NCBI GenBank assembly: GCA_902566705.1
Contig: CACFJT010000005.1
Span: 529-64,528 of the forward strand
Origin: an uncultured Pelagibacteraceae bacterium
GTDB taxonomy: Bacteria > Pseudomonadota > Alphaproteobacteria > Pelagibacterales > Pelagibacteraceae
Reading direction: 5' to 3'
DNA: 64,000 bases
The notes below the pieces were generated by a model. The model did no database searches. It was not told where the DNA came from and saw nothing but the letters and a program-made list of their open reading frames with translations. The position numbers were made by a program, and so were the translations under genes. Position 1 is the first letter of the stretch. The number at the start of each line of letters is the position of its first letter. Below are positions 1 through 10,914 of the stretch, in pieces.

Positions 1-856
1 TTTGTGCTATTTGCATTGTTCTTGATGCACCAAAACCCAGTCTACTAGAAGCAACTTGTTGAAGTGTTGAAGTTGTAAAGGGTCCTGAAGGATTTCTGCT
101 AACAACTTTTGAGGAAATATCAGTTATGTTAAATTTTTTGGTCTTAATATTTGAAATTGCCTTATCAATTTCCTCTTTATTTTTAAATGAGAATTTTTCG
201 ATTTTTTCTCCATCAAGTTGAGAAATACTTGCTGTAATTTTGCTTATGTTTTTATCCTGAAAATTAATACTTAAAGTCCAAAACTCTTCAGGTTTAAATA
301 ATTCAATTTCATGTTCTCTTTCAGTAATCAATTTTAGTGCAACAGATTGAACTCTGCCTGCTGATTTAGAGCCAGGTAATTTAGTCCAAAGTATTGGTGA
401 TATATTAAATCCCACCAAATAATCTAATGCTCTTCTAGCCATGTATGCATCAACTAATAGGGGCTCTATCTGTCTTGGATTCTCAATACCATGCGTGACA
501 GCTTTTTTTGTTATTTCATTAAATACCACACGTTCAATTTCTTTATCCTTTAAAAGTTTTTTTTCATCTAAATATTCTTTTACATGCCATGCTATTGCTT
601 CACCTTCACGATCTGGGTCAGTGGCAAGAATGATTTTTGAAGAATCTTTCGCGGCATCAGTGATTTCTTTTAAATATTTTTTTGAAAAGCTATCAACTTC
701 CCATTCCATTTTAAAATTTTGATCAGGATCAACGGATCCATTTTTTGAAGGAAGATCTCTAATATGACCATAGCTAGCTAAAACGGTATAGTTATCACCT
801 AAATATTTATTTATTGTTTTTGCTTTAGCAGGGCTTTCAACTATGACTAGATTCAT
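1..856 (-). CDS. topA: DNA topoisomerase I, N-terminal part (runs off window start)
   Basis: Manual translation from ATG at 856: MNLVIVESPAKAKTI...SYGHIRDL...ATDPDREGEAIAWH...SAGRVQS, the TOPRIM and type IA motifs; not in the ORF track because truncated. Confidence 0.95.
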   Translation of the reverse strand, partial: MNLVIVESPAKAKTINKYLGDNYTVLASYGHIRDLPSKNGSVDPDQNFKMEWEVDSFSKKYLKEITDAAKDSSKIILATDPDREGEAIAWHVKEYLDEKKLLKDKEIERVVFNEITKKAVTHGIENPRQIEPLLVDAYMARRALDYLVGFNISPILWTKLPGSKSAGRVQSVALKLITEREHEIELFKPEEFWTLSINFQDKNISKITASISQLDGEKIEKFSFKNKEEIDKAISNIKTKKFNITDISSKVVSRNPSGPFTTSTLQQVASSRLGFGASRTMQIAQ

Positions 857-893
857 AAAATAACAAACTACTCAAAAGAGTTTGATAGTCAAA

Positions 894-1472
894 TTAATAA
901 ATTTTTGTCTTAGTTTCTTCTTTATTTTTCAAGCGTTTAATATTTTCTCTGTGGGTAAAAAATATTAAAATAAACATTATTACGTAAAAAAATACATTTT
1001 CTAAACCCTCTAAAATTAAAATATATACCGGTATAGACAATGATCCTATCAAGGAAGCTAAAGATGAATATTTAGAAATAAAAAAAATTATTAACCAACA
1101 AACACCAAACACTAAACCAAAAGTAATATTTATAGAAAAAAGTATCCCAACATATGTGGCCACACCTTTGCCACCTTTAAATTTTAACCATGCTGGAAAC
1201 ACATGACCTATAAAAGCAAATAAAGCTGATATATATACTGCATCTGGGAAATTTGTTTTTACGTATAAAACAGGTATTACTGCTTTTAACACATCGAGTA
1301 TTAGCGTCGAATATCCAATTAATTTATTACCAGTTCTCAAAGCATTTGTCGCACCAATATTACCAGAGCCTATCTCTCTAATATCTTTTTTTAAAAATAT
1401 TTTAGTTAAAATTAATCCAAAAGGAATTGATCCCATTAGGTATGAGATTACACCTATTATAAAAAGTTCCAT
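894..1472 (-). CDS. plsY: Glycerol-3-phosphate acyltransferase PlsY
   Basis: SYLMGSIPFG, GSGNIGATN, FKGGKGVAT, HRENIKRL motifs. Confidence 0.95.
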   Translation of the reverse strand: MELFIIGVISYLMGSIPFGLILTKIFLKKDIREIGSGNIGATNALRTGNKLIGYSTLILDVLKAVIPVLYVKTNFPDAVYISALFAFIGHVFPAWLKFKGGKGVATYVGILFSINITFGLVFGVCWLIIFFISKYSSLASLIGSLSIPVYILILEGLENVFFYVIMFILIFFTHRENIKRLKNKEETKTKIY

Positions 1473-1474
1473 TT

Positions 1475-2761
1475 TTATATTTTAAATAATTCTATACCTT
1501 TTACAAATGTATTGGTTACTTTTCCTTGAAGTTTCTTATCCTCAATGGAAGTATTTTTAGATTTAGAGATTAAATTTTCTTTTTTTACAATCCATGGTTT
1601 ATTGATATCTACTATACAAAAATCTGCATCATTACCAATAGAAAGGTTTCCTTTATTTATATTTAATATTTTTGCTGGGTTAGAGGTTAAAGCTTGAATT
1701 ATAGTTTCAAGTTTTACAGATCCGTTATGAAATAATTCTAAACTTAGAGATAACAATGTTTCAATACCCGACGCACCTGTCGCAGCTTGAGCAAAAGTTA
1801 ATCTTTTAGATTCTTCATCTTCAGGTTTATGGTCAGAAACAATTACATCAATAGTTTTATCTTTTAATCCTTGAACTAAAGCTTCTCGATCTTCTTCTCT
1901 TCTCAGTGGAGGTGATAATTTTAAAAATGTTCTAAAATCTCCAATATCATTTTCATTTAATGAAAGATTGTTTATTGATACACCGCAAGTAAATTTAACG
2001 TTTTGTTTACGTTCTTTAATTATATCTACAGATTTTCCTACTGATAGTTGGGATATATGATATCGACATTTAGTTTTTTCTAAGAGAGTAAGATCTCTTT
2101 CAATTATAATTCTTTCAGCAATATCTGGTATGCTTGATAAGCCTAGTTTTGTTGCAATAATACCCGAATTAATCATGCCATTTTTAGCTAAATCGTAATC
2201 TTCAGCATGTTGCATTATAAGACATCCCAAATCTTTAGCTGAATTCATAATTCTAGACATAAGTCTAGTATTTTGAATTGTTTTTACCCCGTCAGTAAAA
2301 GCAATAATTCCTTTTTTAGCTAGTAACCCAAATTCAGTCATATTGGTGCCGTCAGTGTTTTGAGTTAAAGAAGCGCAAGGAAAGATATTTATTTTAGACT
2401 TATCACGTCCTCTTCTTTTTAAAAAATCTACAATTGATACATTATCTATAATTGGATCTGTATTAGGCATGGTTACGACGGAAGTTACTCCACCAGATAA
2501 TGCTGCATTACTTAAAGTCCTAAAATTTTCTTTATATTCATATCCTGGCTCGCCTACAAAAACTCTCATATCGACTATACCAGGAAATATATATTTACCC
2601 TTTAAGTCAGTAGGTTTTTCTCTAGTTGGTAAATTGTTTGTATTTACCTTTTTTCCTATTGCTTCTATCTTTCCGTCTTCTCCAATTATTAATCCACCAT
2701 TTTCGTTTATGGAATTATGAGGATCTATAATGTTTGCATTTATAAAGTATTGTTTTTTCAT
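1475..2761 (-). CDS. pyrC: Dihydroorotase (PyrC or PyrC'-like)
   Basis: Amidohydrolase motifs PGIVDMRV, MPNTDP, PPLR, SDHKP; adjacent to pyrB. The usual HxH metal motif reads DMRVF, so it may be a non-catalytic ATCase partner. Confidence 0.85.
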   Translation of the reverse strand: MKKQYFINANIIDPHNSINENGGLIIGEDGKIEAIGKKVNTNNLPTREKPTDLKGKYIFPGIVDMRVFVGEPGYEYKENFRTLSNAALSGGVTSVVTMPNTDPIIDNVSIVDFLKRRGRDKSKINIFPCASLTQNTDGTNMTEFGLLAKKGIIAFTDGVKTIQNTRLMSRIMNSAKDLGCLIMQHAEDYDLAKNGMINSGIIATKLGLSSIPDIAERIIIERDLTLLEKTKCRYHISQLSVGKSVDIIKERKQNVKFTCGVSINNLSLNENDIGDFRTFLKLSPPLRREEDREALVQGLKDKTIDVIVSDHKPEDEESKRLTFAQAATGASGIETLLSLSLELFHNGSVKLETIIQALTSNPAKILNINKGNLSIGNDADFCIVDINKPWIVKKENLISKSKNTSIEDKKLQGKVTNTFVKGIELFKI

Positions 2762-3703
2762 TTATTCACAAAATATTTTTAAACATGCCATTCTTACAGC
2801 AACACCTAATTCAACTTGTTCTTTAATTACACTTTTGTTTATGTCATCAGCTAATCTTGTATCAATTTCAATTCCTCTATTCATTGGACCAGGATGCATA
2901 ATCAAAGCGTCTGATTTTGCATGATCAAGTTTATCTGGTGTTAATCCATAATATTCGTAGTACTCTCTGTTCGATGAAAGATATGAACTGGTCATCCTTT
3001 CATTTTGTAATCTAAGCATCATTACAATATCACAATCTTTGAGACCTTTTTTCATATCAGTAAAAGTGTTAATACCAAACTTTTCAATTTCTTTTGGCAT
3101 AAGATTAGATGGTGCAACTATATTAACTTCTGCGCCTAACATTGTAAGAAGATAAATATTTGATCTAGCCACTCTCGAATGAAGTATGTCTCCACATATA
3201 GCTATTTTTAATCCTTGAATTTTTTTTTTTCGATTTCTAATTGTTAATGCATCTAATAATGCTTGAGTAGGATGCTCACGTCTGCCATCACCAGCGTTTA
3301 GAACAACACAATTAACTTTTTGAGATAACAGATTACAAGCACCGGAGTCTTGATGTCTGATCACAATTATATCAGGATGCATAGCATTTAAGGTCATAGC
3401 TGTATCAATCAAAGTTTCACCTTTTTTAATAGCTGAGTTACCCATATTCATTGACATGACGTCTGCACCAAGTCTTTTTCCAGCAAGTTCAAATGAGCTT
3501 TGTGTTCTAGTTGACGGCTCAAAGAATAAGTTTATCTGTGTTTTGCCTCTTAACACATCAATTTTTTTATTTTTACTCTGGTTTAATTTTATGAAAGCTT
3601 CTGACTCATCCAGTATATAATTAATATCATTAACTGATAAATCTTGGATACCTAACAGATGTTTTTGTGAGATTTTAATAGCTTTATTGGTTTTAATTGC
3701 CAT
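2762..3703 (-). CDS. pyrB: Aspartate carbamoyltransferase catalytic subunit
   Basis: [20 protein letters not shown] motifs; start placed at ATG 3703 (MAIKTNK). Confidence 0.95.
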   Translation of the reverse strand: MAIKTNKAIKISQKHLLGIQDLSVNDINYILDESEAFIKLNQSKNKKIDVLRGKTQINLFFEPSTRTQSSFELAGKRLGADVMSMNMGNSAIKKGETLIDTAMTLNAMHPDIIVIRHQDSGACNLLSQKVNCVVLNAGDGRREHPTQALLDALTIRNRKKKIQGLKIAICGDILHSRVARSNIYLLTMLGAEVNIVAPSNLMPKEIEKFGINTFTDMKKGLKDCDIVMMLRLQNERMTSSYLSSNREYYEYYGLTPDKLDHAKSDALIMHPGPMNRGIEIDTRLADDINKSVIKEQVELGVAVRMACLKIFCE

Positions 3704-3745
3704 TAAAATTAACTCTATAGCTATAAAGTCCCTAAATGGCAAGGA

Positions 3746-4201
3746 TTAATTATTTAAATAATCTATAGCTCCTTGAAGAATAAATGCAGCTGCATTTTGA
3801 TCTATGTTTTTTTCACGCTTAGAAACATTAACATCAAGCTGACTGGATAGATTAAATGCACCAACAGTTGAAAGTCTTTCATCCCATAAACAAACATCTA
3901 TATCAACATTTTGGTCTATATTTTTAGACACATCACTTACTGATTGAGTAGAAGGACCTAATGAACCATCCATGTTAATTGGATATCCAATCACAATTCC
4001 TTTAATATTGTTTTCCTCTATTATTTTTTTTAATTCGTTGATTAGATCATCATTATTGGTTTTATTGATTGTTTTAAAAGGTGTGGCTATTGACTGTTTT
4101 TCATCACAAATTGATACACCGATTCTTTTTGAACCAAGATCTAAACCAATCAATCTAGAGGTTTCAGACTGTTTTTTTTTGAATTCTTCAATAGTGATCA
4201 T
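3746..4201 (-). CDS. ruvX: RuvX/YqgF family nuclease (pre-16S rRNA maturation)
   Basis: GLDLGSKRIGVS, WDERLST, AAAFILQ motifs; typical position upstream of pyrB. Confidence 0.9.
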   Translation of the reverse strand: MITIEEFKKKQSETSRLIGLDLGSKRIGVSICDEKQSIATPFKTINKTNNDDLINELKKIIEENNIKGIVIGYPINMDGSLGPSTQSVSDVSKNIDQNVDIDVCLWDERLSTVGAFNLSSQLDVNVSKREKNIDQNAAAFILQGAIDYLNN

Positions 4202-4251
4202 ATTGTATATTTTAAACTTAAGTGATAGTTTGCGACATATTTAAATACCAT

Positions 4252-4539
4252 ATGAGCATCGATCTTAAAACAATAAAGCACATATCTAAACTATCAAGAA
4301 TCTCTGTAGATGAAAAAAAAGCAGAGAAACTTTCAGGAGATTTAAATTCAATTTTCGATTTTATTGAAAAACTTAATGAATTAAAAACTGACAATGTTGA
4401 ACCATTAACCTCTGTGGCTGAAACAACTCTTAAACTAAGATCAGATGAAGTAAAAAGCAAAAACTTAAGAGATCAAGTAATAAAAAACTCTCCTAAGGAA
4501 AATGAAGATTATTTTGTAGTACCAAAGGTAATTGAATAA
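4252..4539 (+). CDS. gatC: Asp/Glu-tRNA amidotransferase subunit C
   Basis: HISKLSRI...YFVVPKVIE; start ATG 4252; precedes gatA. Confidence 0.92.
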   Translation: MSIDLKTIKHISKLSRISVDEKKAEKLSGDLNSIFDFIEKLNELKTDNVEPLTSVAETTLKLRSDEVKSKNLRDQVIKNSPKENEDYFVVPKVIE

Positions 4540-5996
4540 TGTCAGATATAACTAAACAATCATTATCTGGGTTAGTAGAAAATATAAAAAGTAAAAAACT
4601 TTCCTCAAGTGAAGTTACTAAAGCATTTGTTGAAAGATCTGAAAAATCAAAAGAATTAAATGCATATATAACTGAAGATTATACAAATGCTTTAAATAAA
4701 GCAAAAAAGTTTGATGAAAAACCTAATCTTGATCTGAAATTGCCTGGCATTCCAATGGCTGTAAAAGATTTATTTTGTACAAAAGATTTAAAAACTACGG
4801 CGGGTAGTAAGATTTTAAATAATTTCGTTCCAACTTATGAGTCAACAGTTACACAAAACATTTGGAATGAAGGAGCTATCCTAATGGGTAAATTAAATTG
4901 TGATGAATTTGCAATGGGTTCATCTAATGAAACTAGTTTTTTTGGTAATGTACAAAACCCAATTGATAAAAATTTAGTTCCAGGAGGTTCCTCAGGTGGA
5001 TCGTCTTCTGCTGTAGCAGCTCAATTAACACCAATAACTATTGGAACAGATACAGGTGGATCTATAAGACAGCCTGCTTCATTTACTGGAACTGTCGGAT
5101 TAAAACCTACTTATGGTAGTTGCTCTAGATACGGAATTGTAGCATTTGCATCATCCCTAGATCAAGCTGGTCCAATGGCACATAATGTTAAAGATTGTGC
5201 ATTGTTACAGGAAGTTATTAGCACTTATGATGAAAAAGATTCTACTTCAATAGATTTTAAAAGAAACGAGTACAGCAAAGAATTAACAAAAGATATCAAA
5301 GGTAAAAAAATAGGAATACCCAAAGAATATAGAGTAGATGGCATGCCTAAAGAAATAGAAGACCTATGGAAAAAAGGTATTGAATATGCAAAAGATTGTG
5401 GTGCTGAGATTATCGATATATCTCTCCCTCATACTAATTATGCACTACCAACTTATTACATAGTAGCACCAGCAGAGGCCTCATCTAATTTGGCTAGATA
5501 CGACGGTGTTAAATACGGTTTTAGAGCTGATGGAGAAAATCTTATTGATATGTATGAAAAAACTAGATCTGAAGGATTTGGTGCTGAGGTTCAAAGAAGA
5601 ATAATGATTGGAACTTATGTTTTATCTTCAGGATATTATGATGCTTATTATCTTAAAGCACAAAAGGTAAGAAAACTTATTAAAAATGATTTTGATGATG
5701 CTTATAAAAAAGTTGATGCAATTCTAACCCCATCCACTCCAAGTTCAGCTTTTAAAATTGGTGAAAAAACAAATGATCCGGTTTCAATGTATTTAAATGA
5801 TATTTTTACTGTTCCTGTAAATTTAGCAGGCTTACCTGGAATTTCTATACCTGCAGGCCATGATGCTAAAGGATATCCATTAGGATTACAGATAATTGGT
5901 AAAGCTTTTGATGAACAAAATATTTTAAACATTGCATATGCTATGGAAGAAAAAATTAATTTTAAAAACAATATTACTGATTGGTGGATTAAGTGA
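4539..5996 (+). CDS. gatA: Asp/Glu-tRNA amidotransferase subunit A
   Basis: Amidase signature [29 protein letters not shown]. Confidence 0.97.
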   Translation: MSDITKQSLSGLVENIKSKKLSSSEVTKAFVERSEKSKELNAYITEDYTNALNKAKKFDEKPNLDLKLPGIPMAVKDLFCTKDLKTTAGSKILNNFVPTYESTVTQNIWNEGAILMGKLNCDEFAMGSSNETSFFGNVQNPIDKNLVPGGSSGGSSSAVAAQLTPITIGTDTGGSIRQPASFTGTVGLKPTYGSCSRYGIVAFASSLDQAGPMAHNVKDCALLQEVISTYDEKDSTSIDFKRNEYSKELTKDIKGKKIGIPKEYRVDGMPKEIEDLWKKGIEYAKDCGAEIIDISLPHTNYALPTYYIVAPAEASSNLARYDGVKYGFRADGENLIDMYEKTRSEGFGAEVQRRIMIGTYVLSSGYYDAYYLKAQKVRKLIKNDFDDAYKKVDAILTPSTPSSAFKIGEKTNDPVSMYLNDIFTVPVNLAGLPGISIPAGHDAKGYPLGLQIIGKAFDEQNILNIAYAMEEKINFKNNITDWWIK

Positions 5997-7456
5997 GTAA
6001 GAACAAATCTGAATATCTAATTAATAGACAAGATAATCAATATGAAGTTGTTATTGGTTTAGAAGTTCATGCACAAGTTACATCGCAATCGAAATTATTT
6101 TCAACATCAGCAACTAAATTTGGAGCCGAACCAAATACCCAAGTAAGTTTGGTTGATGCAGCATTTCCAGGAATGTTGCCGGTAATAAACGAGTATTGCG
6201 TAAAACAAGCTATCAAAACAGGAATTGGTTTAAAAGCTAAAATCAATAAGAGATCAGTCTTTGATAGAAAAAATTATTTTTATGCAGACTTGCCTCAGGG
6301 ATATCAAATCTCACAATTTAAAGATCCAATTGTAGGTGAGGGTAAAGTAATACTTGATATGCCAGATGGTCAAAAAGAGGTAGGTATAGAAAGGTTACAC
6401 TTGGAACAAGATGCCGGTAAAAGCATTCATGATTTAGATCCTAAAAATACTTTTGTAGATTTAAATAGATCAGGTGTGGCTTTAATGGAAATTGTAAGCA
6501 AACCTGACTTAAGATCCCCAGATGAAGTAAATGCATATATTAAAAAATTAAGATCTATAATGAGATATTTAGGCACTTGTGATGGAAACATGCAGGAAGG
6601 ATCTTTAAGAGCCGATGTAAATGTATCTGTTAGAAAAAAAGGTTCAAAAGAGTTTGGAACCCGATGTGAGATTAAAAATGTTAATTCAATAAAATTCATG
6701 CAGATGGCAATTGAATATGAAGCTAATAGACAAGTTGATTTAATTGAGGATGGTCAAACGATTGATCAAGAAACAAGACTTTTTGATACTAAAAAGAATG
6801 AAACTAGATCAATGAGATCAAAAGAAGATGCACATGATTATAGATATTTTCCAGATCCAGACTTGTTGCCATTAGAAGTTTCAGATGATTTTATTGAAAA
6901 CTTAAAATCAGAAATTCCAGAGCTACCAGATGAAAAGAAAAAAAGATTTATAGAAAAATTCAAGTTATCTCCTTATGAAGCAAACATTTTAGTTTCTGAC
7001 ATTGAAACATCAAATTACTTTGAAAATGTAATTAAGAAGTCTGATGTAAAACTTGCAACAAATTGGATAATTGGTGAATTATTTGCAGCGTTAAATGAAA
7101 AAAATTTAGAAATAACTGAAAGCCCTGTAAGCGCAGGTAATTTATCAAAATTAATTAATTTAATTAAAGACGGAACAATTTCTGGAAAAATTGCAAAAAC
7201 AGTTTTCGAACAAATGATGGAAGGCAACAAAGATCCTAAGAAAATTGTTGAAGAAAAAGGTTTAAAACAAGAGAGTGATCCAAAAGCACTTGAGGCACTG
7301 ATAGATAAGGTTATTGATGATAACAGAGACAAAGCTACCGAATATAAATCAGGTAAAGTTAAATTATTTGGTTTCTTTGTAGGTCAAGTAATGAAAGTTT
7401 CTGGTGGAAAAGCAAATCCTCAATTAGTTAATGAGATTTTAAAGAAAAAACTTTAG
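5993..7456 (+). CDS. gatB: Asp/Glu-tRNA amidotransferase subunit B
   Basis: [27 protein letters not shown]. Confidence 0.97.
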   Translation: MSKNKSEYLINRQDNQYEVVIGLEVHAQVTSQSKLFSTSATKFGAEPNTQVSLVDAAFPGMLPVINEYCVKQAIKTGIGLKAKINKRSVFDRKNYFYADLPQGYQISQFKDPIVGEGKVILDMPDGQKEVGIERLHLEQDAGKSIHDLDPKNTFVDLNRSGVALMEIVSKPDLRSPDEVNAYIKKLRSIMRYLGTCDGNMQEGSLRADVNVSVRKKGSKEFGTRCEIKNVNSIKFMQMAIEYEANRQVDLIEDGQTIDQETRLFDTKKNETRSMRSKEDAHDYRYFPDPDLLPLEVSDDFIENLKSEIPELPDEKKKRFIEKFKLSPYEANILVSDIETSNYFENVIKKSDVKLATNWIIGELFAALNEKNLEITESPVSAGNLSKLINLIKDGTISGKIAKTVFEQMMEGNKDPKKIVEEKGLKQESDPKALEALIDKVIDDNRDKATEYKSGKVKLFGFFVGQVMKVSGGKANPQLVNEILKKKL

Positions 7457-7461
7457 AATTT

Positions 7462-8112
7462 ATGGGTTCAGACCTAAATATAACGAAAGAACTCCAAGAG
7501 TATATTTTAAGTCATGGATATAAATTGCATCCAGTCCAAAAAGAAATAATTGATTACAACACTTCTCTTGGTGATATAAAAAGAATGCAAATCTCAATTT
7601 CACAAAGTCAATTTCTGCATCTAATTATAAAAATTTCAAATATCAAAAAAATTTTAGAGATAGGTACATTTACAGGATTAAGTACGTTATCTATGGCTTT
7701 AGCATTATCAGATGAAGGTAAAATAATTGCTTTAGATAAAAATGAAGAAACTAATAAAGTTGCAACAGATTTTTTTAAAAAAGCTAAGCAAGACCATAAA
7801 ATAAAAACATTAATTAAACCTGCTTTACAAAGTTTAGATGAAATTAAAAATGAAAAGTTTGATTTAGTTTTTATTGATGCTGATAAAATGAATTATATTG
7901 AATACTATGAACGTTCTTTAAAATTATTGAACAAAAATGGTCTAATAATCATTGATAATGTTTTATGGTATGGTCAAGTAGTCAATGAACATAATACTGA
8001 TAAATTAACTATAAATATTAAAGAATTTAATGATTATATTTCAAAGGATACAAGAGTTGAAAAGTTAATAATTCCTCTTGGTGATGGAATGACTGTTTGT
8101 AGAAAATTATAA
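7462..8112 (+). CDS. SAM-dependent O-methyltransferase (Methyltransf_3 / CCoAOMT-like)
   Basis: LEIGTFTGLS, FDLVFIDADK, IIIDNVLWYG. Confidence 0.88.
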   Translation: MGSDLNITKELQEYILSHGYKLHPVQKEIIDYNTSLGDIKRMQISISQSQFLHLIIKISNIKKILEIGTFTGLSTLSMALALSDEGKIIALDKNEETNKVATDFFKKAKQDHKIKTLIKPALQSLDEIKNEKFDLVFIDADKMNYIEYYERSLKLLNKNGLIIIDNVLWYGQVVNEHNTDKLTINIKEFNDYISKDTRVEKLIIPLGDGMTVCRKL

Positions 8113-9017
8113 TGTTCGAAGTATTTGGTTTTTATAAATTTATTAAAATTTCTTATTTGAAAAAAAATAAAAAAAATTTATTTGAAATTTTAAAAAAGAA
8201 AAATATTAGAGGTACAATAATTATCTCTAAAGAAGGGGTAAATGGAACGATTTCTGGAAAAGCTGCAGACATTAAATTCACTATTAATAATTTAAAAAGA
8301 ACTCTTAAATTTAAAGAATTAAACAGCAGTAATGTCTCTAAAAGCTCATTTCAACCATTTCATAAACTAAAAGTTAAAATTAAAAATGAAGTTGTTCCTA
8401 TGAATTTAATTTTAAATAAAAGAATAAAGAAAAAAGATAGCCATGTAGATCCAAACAAATGGAACAAGCTGATAAAAGAAAAGTCTACTGTTCTAATAGA
8501 TGCGAGAAAACCATTTGAATACGAAGTTGGAACATTTAAAGGAGCAATCAATCCTGATGTTGATAAATTTAGAGATTTTCCAAAATATTTAAAAAAATTA
8601 AAAAAAAATCAACCCATAGCCATGTTTTGTACTGGTGGAATTCGTTGTGAAAAGGCATCTGTATATTTAGAGAAAAAAGGTTTTAATAATGTTTATCAGT
8701 TAAATGGAGGTATTCTAAATTATCTAAAAAAAACTAATAAGAAAAAAAGTTTGTGGAAAGGCGAATGTTTTGTTTTTGATAATAGAATAAGTTTAAAACA
8801 TGGTCTTAAAATTGGTTCATATTCAATCTGCAGTGGTTGTAGGGAACCTATATCTCGTAAGGATAAAAAATCAAAAAAATATGAGGAAGGGGTTTCATGT
8901 CCAAATTGTCACGATAATCTAACAGATCATCAAAAATTAAGATTCAGAATGAGACAAAAACAAATTAATCTTGCTAAAAATGCTGGAAAAAGACATATCT
9001 TCCAAAAAGAGTATTAA
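8112..9017 (+). CDS. trhO: Rhodanese-domain tRNA uridine(34) hydroxylase TrhO (YceA) family
   Basis: EGVNGT, MFCTGGIRCEKAS, GGILNY, WKGECFVFDNR. Confidence 0.88.
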   Translation: MFEVFGFYKFIKISYLKKNKKNLFEILKKKNIRGTIIISKEGVNGTISGKAADIKFTINNLKRTLKFKELNSSNVSKSSFQPFHKLKVKIKNEVVPMNLILNKRIKKKDSHVDPNKWNKLIKEKSTVLIDARKPFEYEVGTFKGAINPDVDKFRDFPKYLKKLKKNQPIAMFCTGGIRCEKASVYLEKKGFNNVYQLNGGILNYLKKTNKKKSLWKGECFVFDNRISLKHGLKIGSYSICSGCREPISRKDKKSKKYEEGVSCPNCHDNLTDHQKLRFRMRQKQINLAKNAGKRHIFQKEY

Positions 9018-9031
9018 CAAATCTTAAATTA

Positions 9032-10370
9032 ATGAATTTATTAAAAGATGAAGTTTCGTTGTTAGTAAGAAAACTTGCTGTACCAGCAAGTATAGGAACT
9101 CTATTTCAAACACTTTATACAATCGTAGACACTTTTTTATGCAGGAAAAATATCTCCAGAAGCCTTATCTGCCTTGAGCAAGTCGTTTCCGATATATTTT
9201 TTAATTATTGCAACATCTATTGGAGTTACTGTAGCAGGAACATCATTGATTGGCAGTAGTATCGGAGAAAAAAACGAAAAAAATGTTTTAAGTTATTTTG
9301 GAAATGTAATCATTTATTCTATTATAATCTCGATAGTTGTATCTATTTTAGGATTTGCTTTTGGTGAAAAGATATTCTTATTAATGAATTCCTCTCAAGA
9401 AGTAACAATTCTTGGACTCGAATATATAAATGTAATTTTTTTAGGTACAATATTATTTATTTTAGTAGTAGCATTAAATTCATTCTTACACGCAGAAGGA
9501 GATACTAAAACTTACAGAAATGTTCTAATATTTTCTTTTTTCTTAAACATTATTTTAAATCCAATTTTTATATTTGGTTTTTTATTTATACCACCATTGG
9601 GAATAACTGGTATTGGGATAGCAACTTTAATTGCCCAATTTGTATCTTTGTTGGTTATTTTGATAAAAATATTAAATAATCAAAGAATTAAAAAAATAAC
9701 CTTAGACCATTTCAAAGCTAAATTTTTTTTCTTAAAAAATATTTTTTTTCAATCAATGCCAATTACTATTGCCATATTAGGGTATTCTATTGCTGCAACA
9801 GTTGTTTTTACTTATGTTGGACTATTTGGTGAATATGCTGTAGCAGGGTATGGATCTGCAACCAGAATTGAGCAAGTAGTTTTGTTGCCAATATTAGGAA
9901 TTAATACAGCAATAATTTCTATAATAGCTCAAAATATTGGTGCAAAATATTACGATAGGGTAGAGCAATCTTATTTTACCTCAATAAAATATGGGTTATT
10001 CATAATGTTAATCGCTGGTGTAGTGATTTTTATAAGTGCTGATATTGTTCCTAAATTCTTCTCTTCAAATCCAGAAGTAATCATGCATGGCTCGATGTAC
10101 CTTAAAATTTCTGCATTTATATTACCAGCCTATCCAATATTTTTCTTATCAAATGGTTTTTTCATGGCATTAAAAAAATCTGAGAAAGCCATGGTTAATA
10201 ATATTGCCAGAAATGTTATGGTGCCAGTTTTATCCTTTTACATTGCAATGTATTTAAATGCAGATTTTAAAACCTTCTTTTATATTTGGGCTATCTTTCA
10301 ATGGCTGATATCATTGGTCTTACTATTTTATGTTAAATATTATATTAAACATAAGCTAGCTAATATTTAG
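9032..10370 (+). CDS. MATE family efflux transporter, split by a +1 frameshift in a T6 run (9133-9138)
   Basis: Removing one T joins LYTIVDTF-YAGKISPEALSALSKSFP into a continuous MATE sequence (GDTKT, LNIILNPIFIFG, GIGIAT). Confidence 0.85.
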
Positions 10371-10380
10371 AATTTTAAAA

Positions 10381-10914
10381 ATGTTTTTTACAAAAAGAAA
10401 GGCAATATTATTATTTTTAATATGTTTAATATTTTTCTTTTTAACTTATCAAGATGTCAAATCATCTGAAATCATATCTGTATCAGGTTATGCTAAAGTT
10501 ACAGATGGGGACACAATAAAAATAGATACTTTTAAAATAAGACTTGATGGAATAGATGCTCCCGAAAAAAGACAAAAATGTAAAAGACAATATTTAACAA
10601 TTTTTATGTTTACATTTTATGAAGATTATTTATGTGGTCAAAAATCAACTGAGGCGTTAATTAAGAAAATTAATAGTAAAAAGATTACATGTAAAATTTA
10701 TGATGTTGACTACTTCAAAAGGCTAATTGGTGAGTGTTATAAAAGAAAAACTAATTTAAATGCATGGTTAGTTTTAAATGGTCATGCAGTTGCTTATAGA
10801 AAATATTCAAAAAAATATGTTTCAAAAGAAATTATTGCTAAGCAGGAAAAGAAGGGGATATGGCAAGGAAAATTTGAAATGCCATGGGATTATCGAAAAT
10901 CTAATAAAAATTAA
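10381..10914 (+). CDS. Thermonuclease (SNase-like), membrane-anchored or exported
   Basis: VTDGDTI, IRLDGIDAPE, LNAWLVLNGHA, AKQEKKGIWQG, PWDYR; hydrophobic N-terminus. Confidence 0.9.
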   Translation: MFFTKRKAILLFLICLIFFFLTYQDVKSSEIISVSGYAKVTDGDTIKIDTFKIRLDGIDAPEKRQKCKRQYLTIFMFTFYEDYLCGQKSTEALIKKINSKKITCKIYDVDYFKRLIGECYKRKTNLNAWLVLNGHAVAYRKYSKKYVSKEIIAKQEKKGIWQGKFEMPWDYRKSNKN

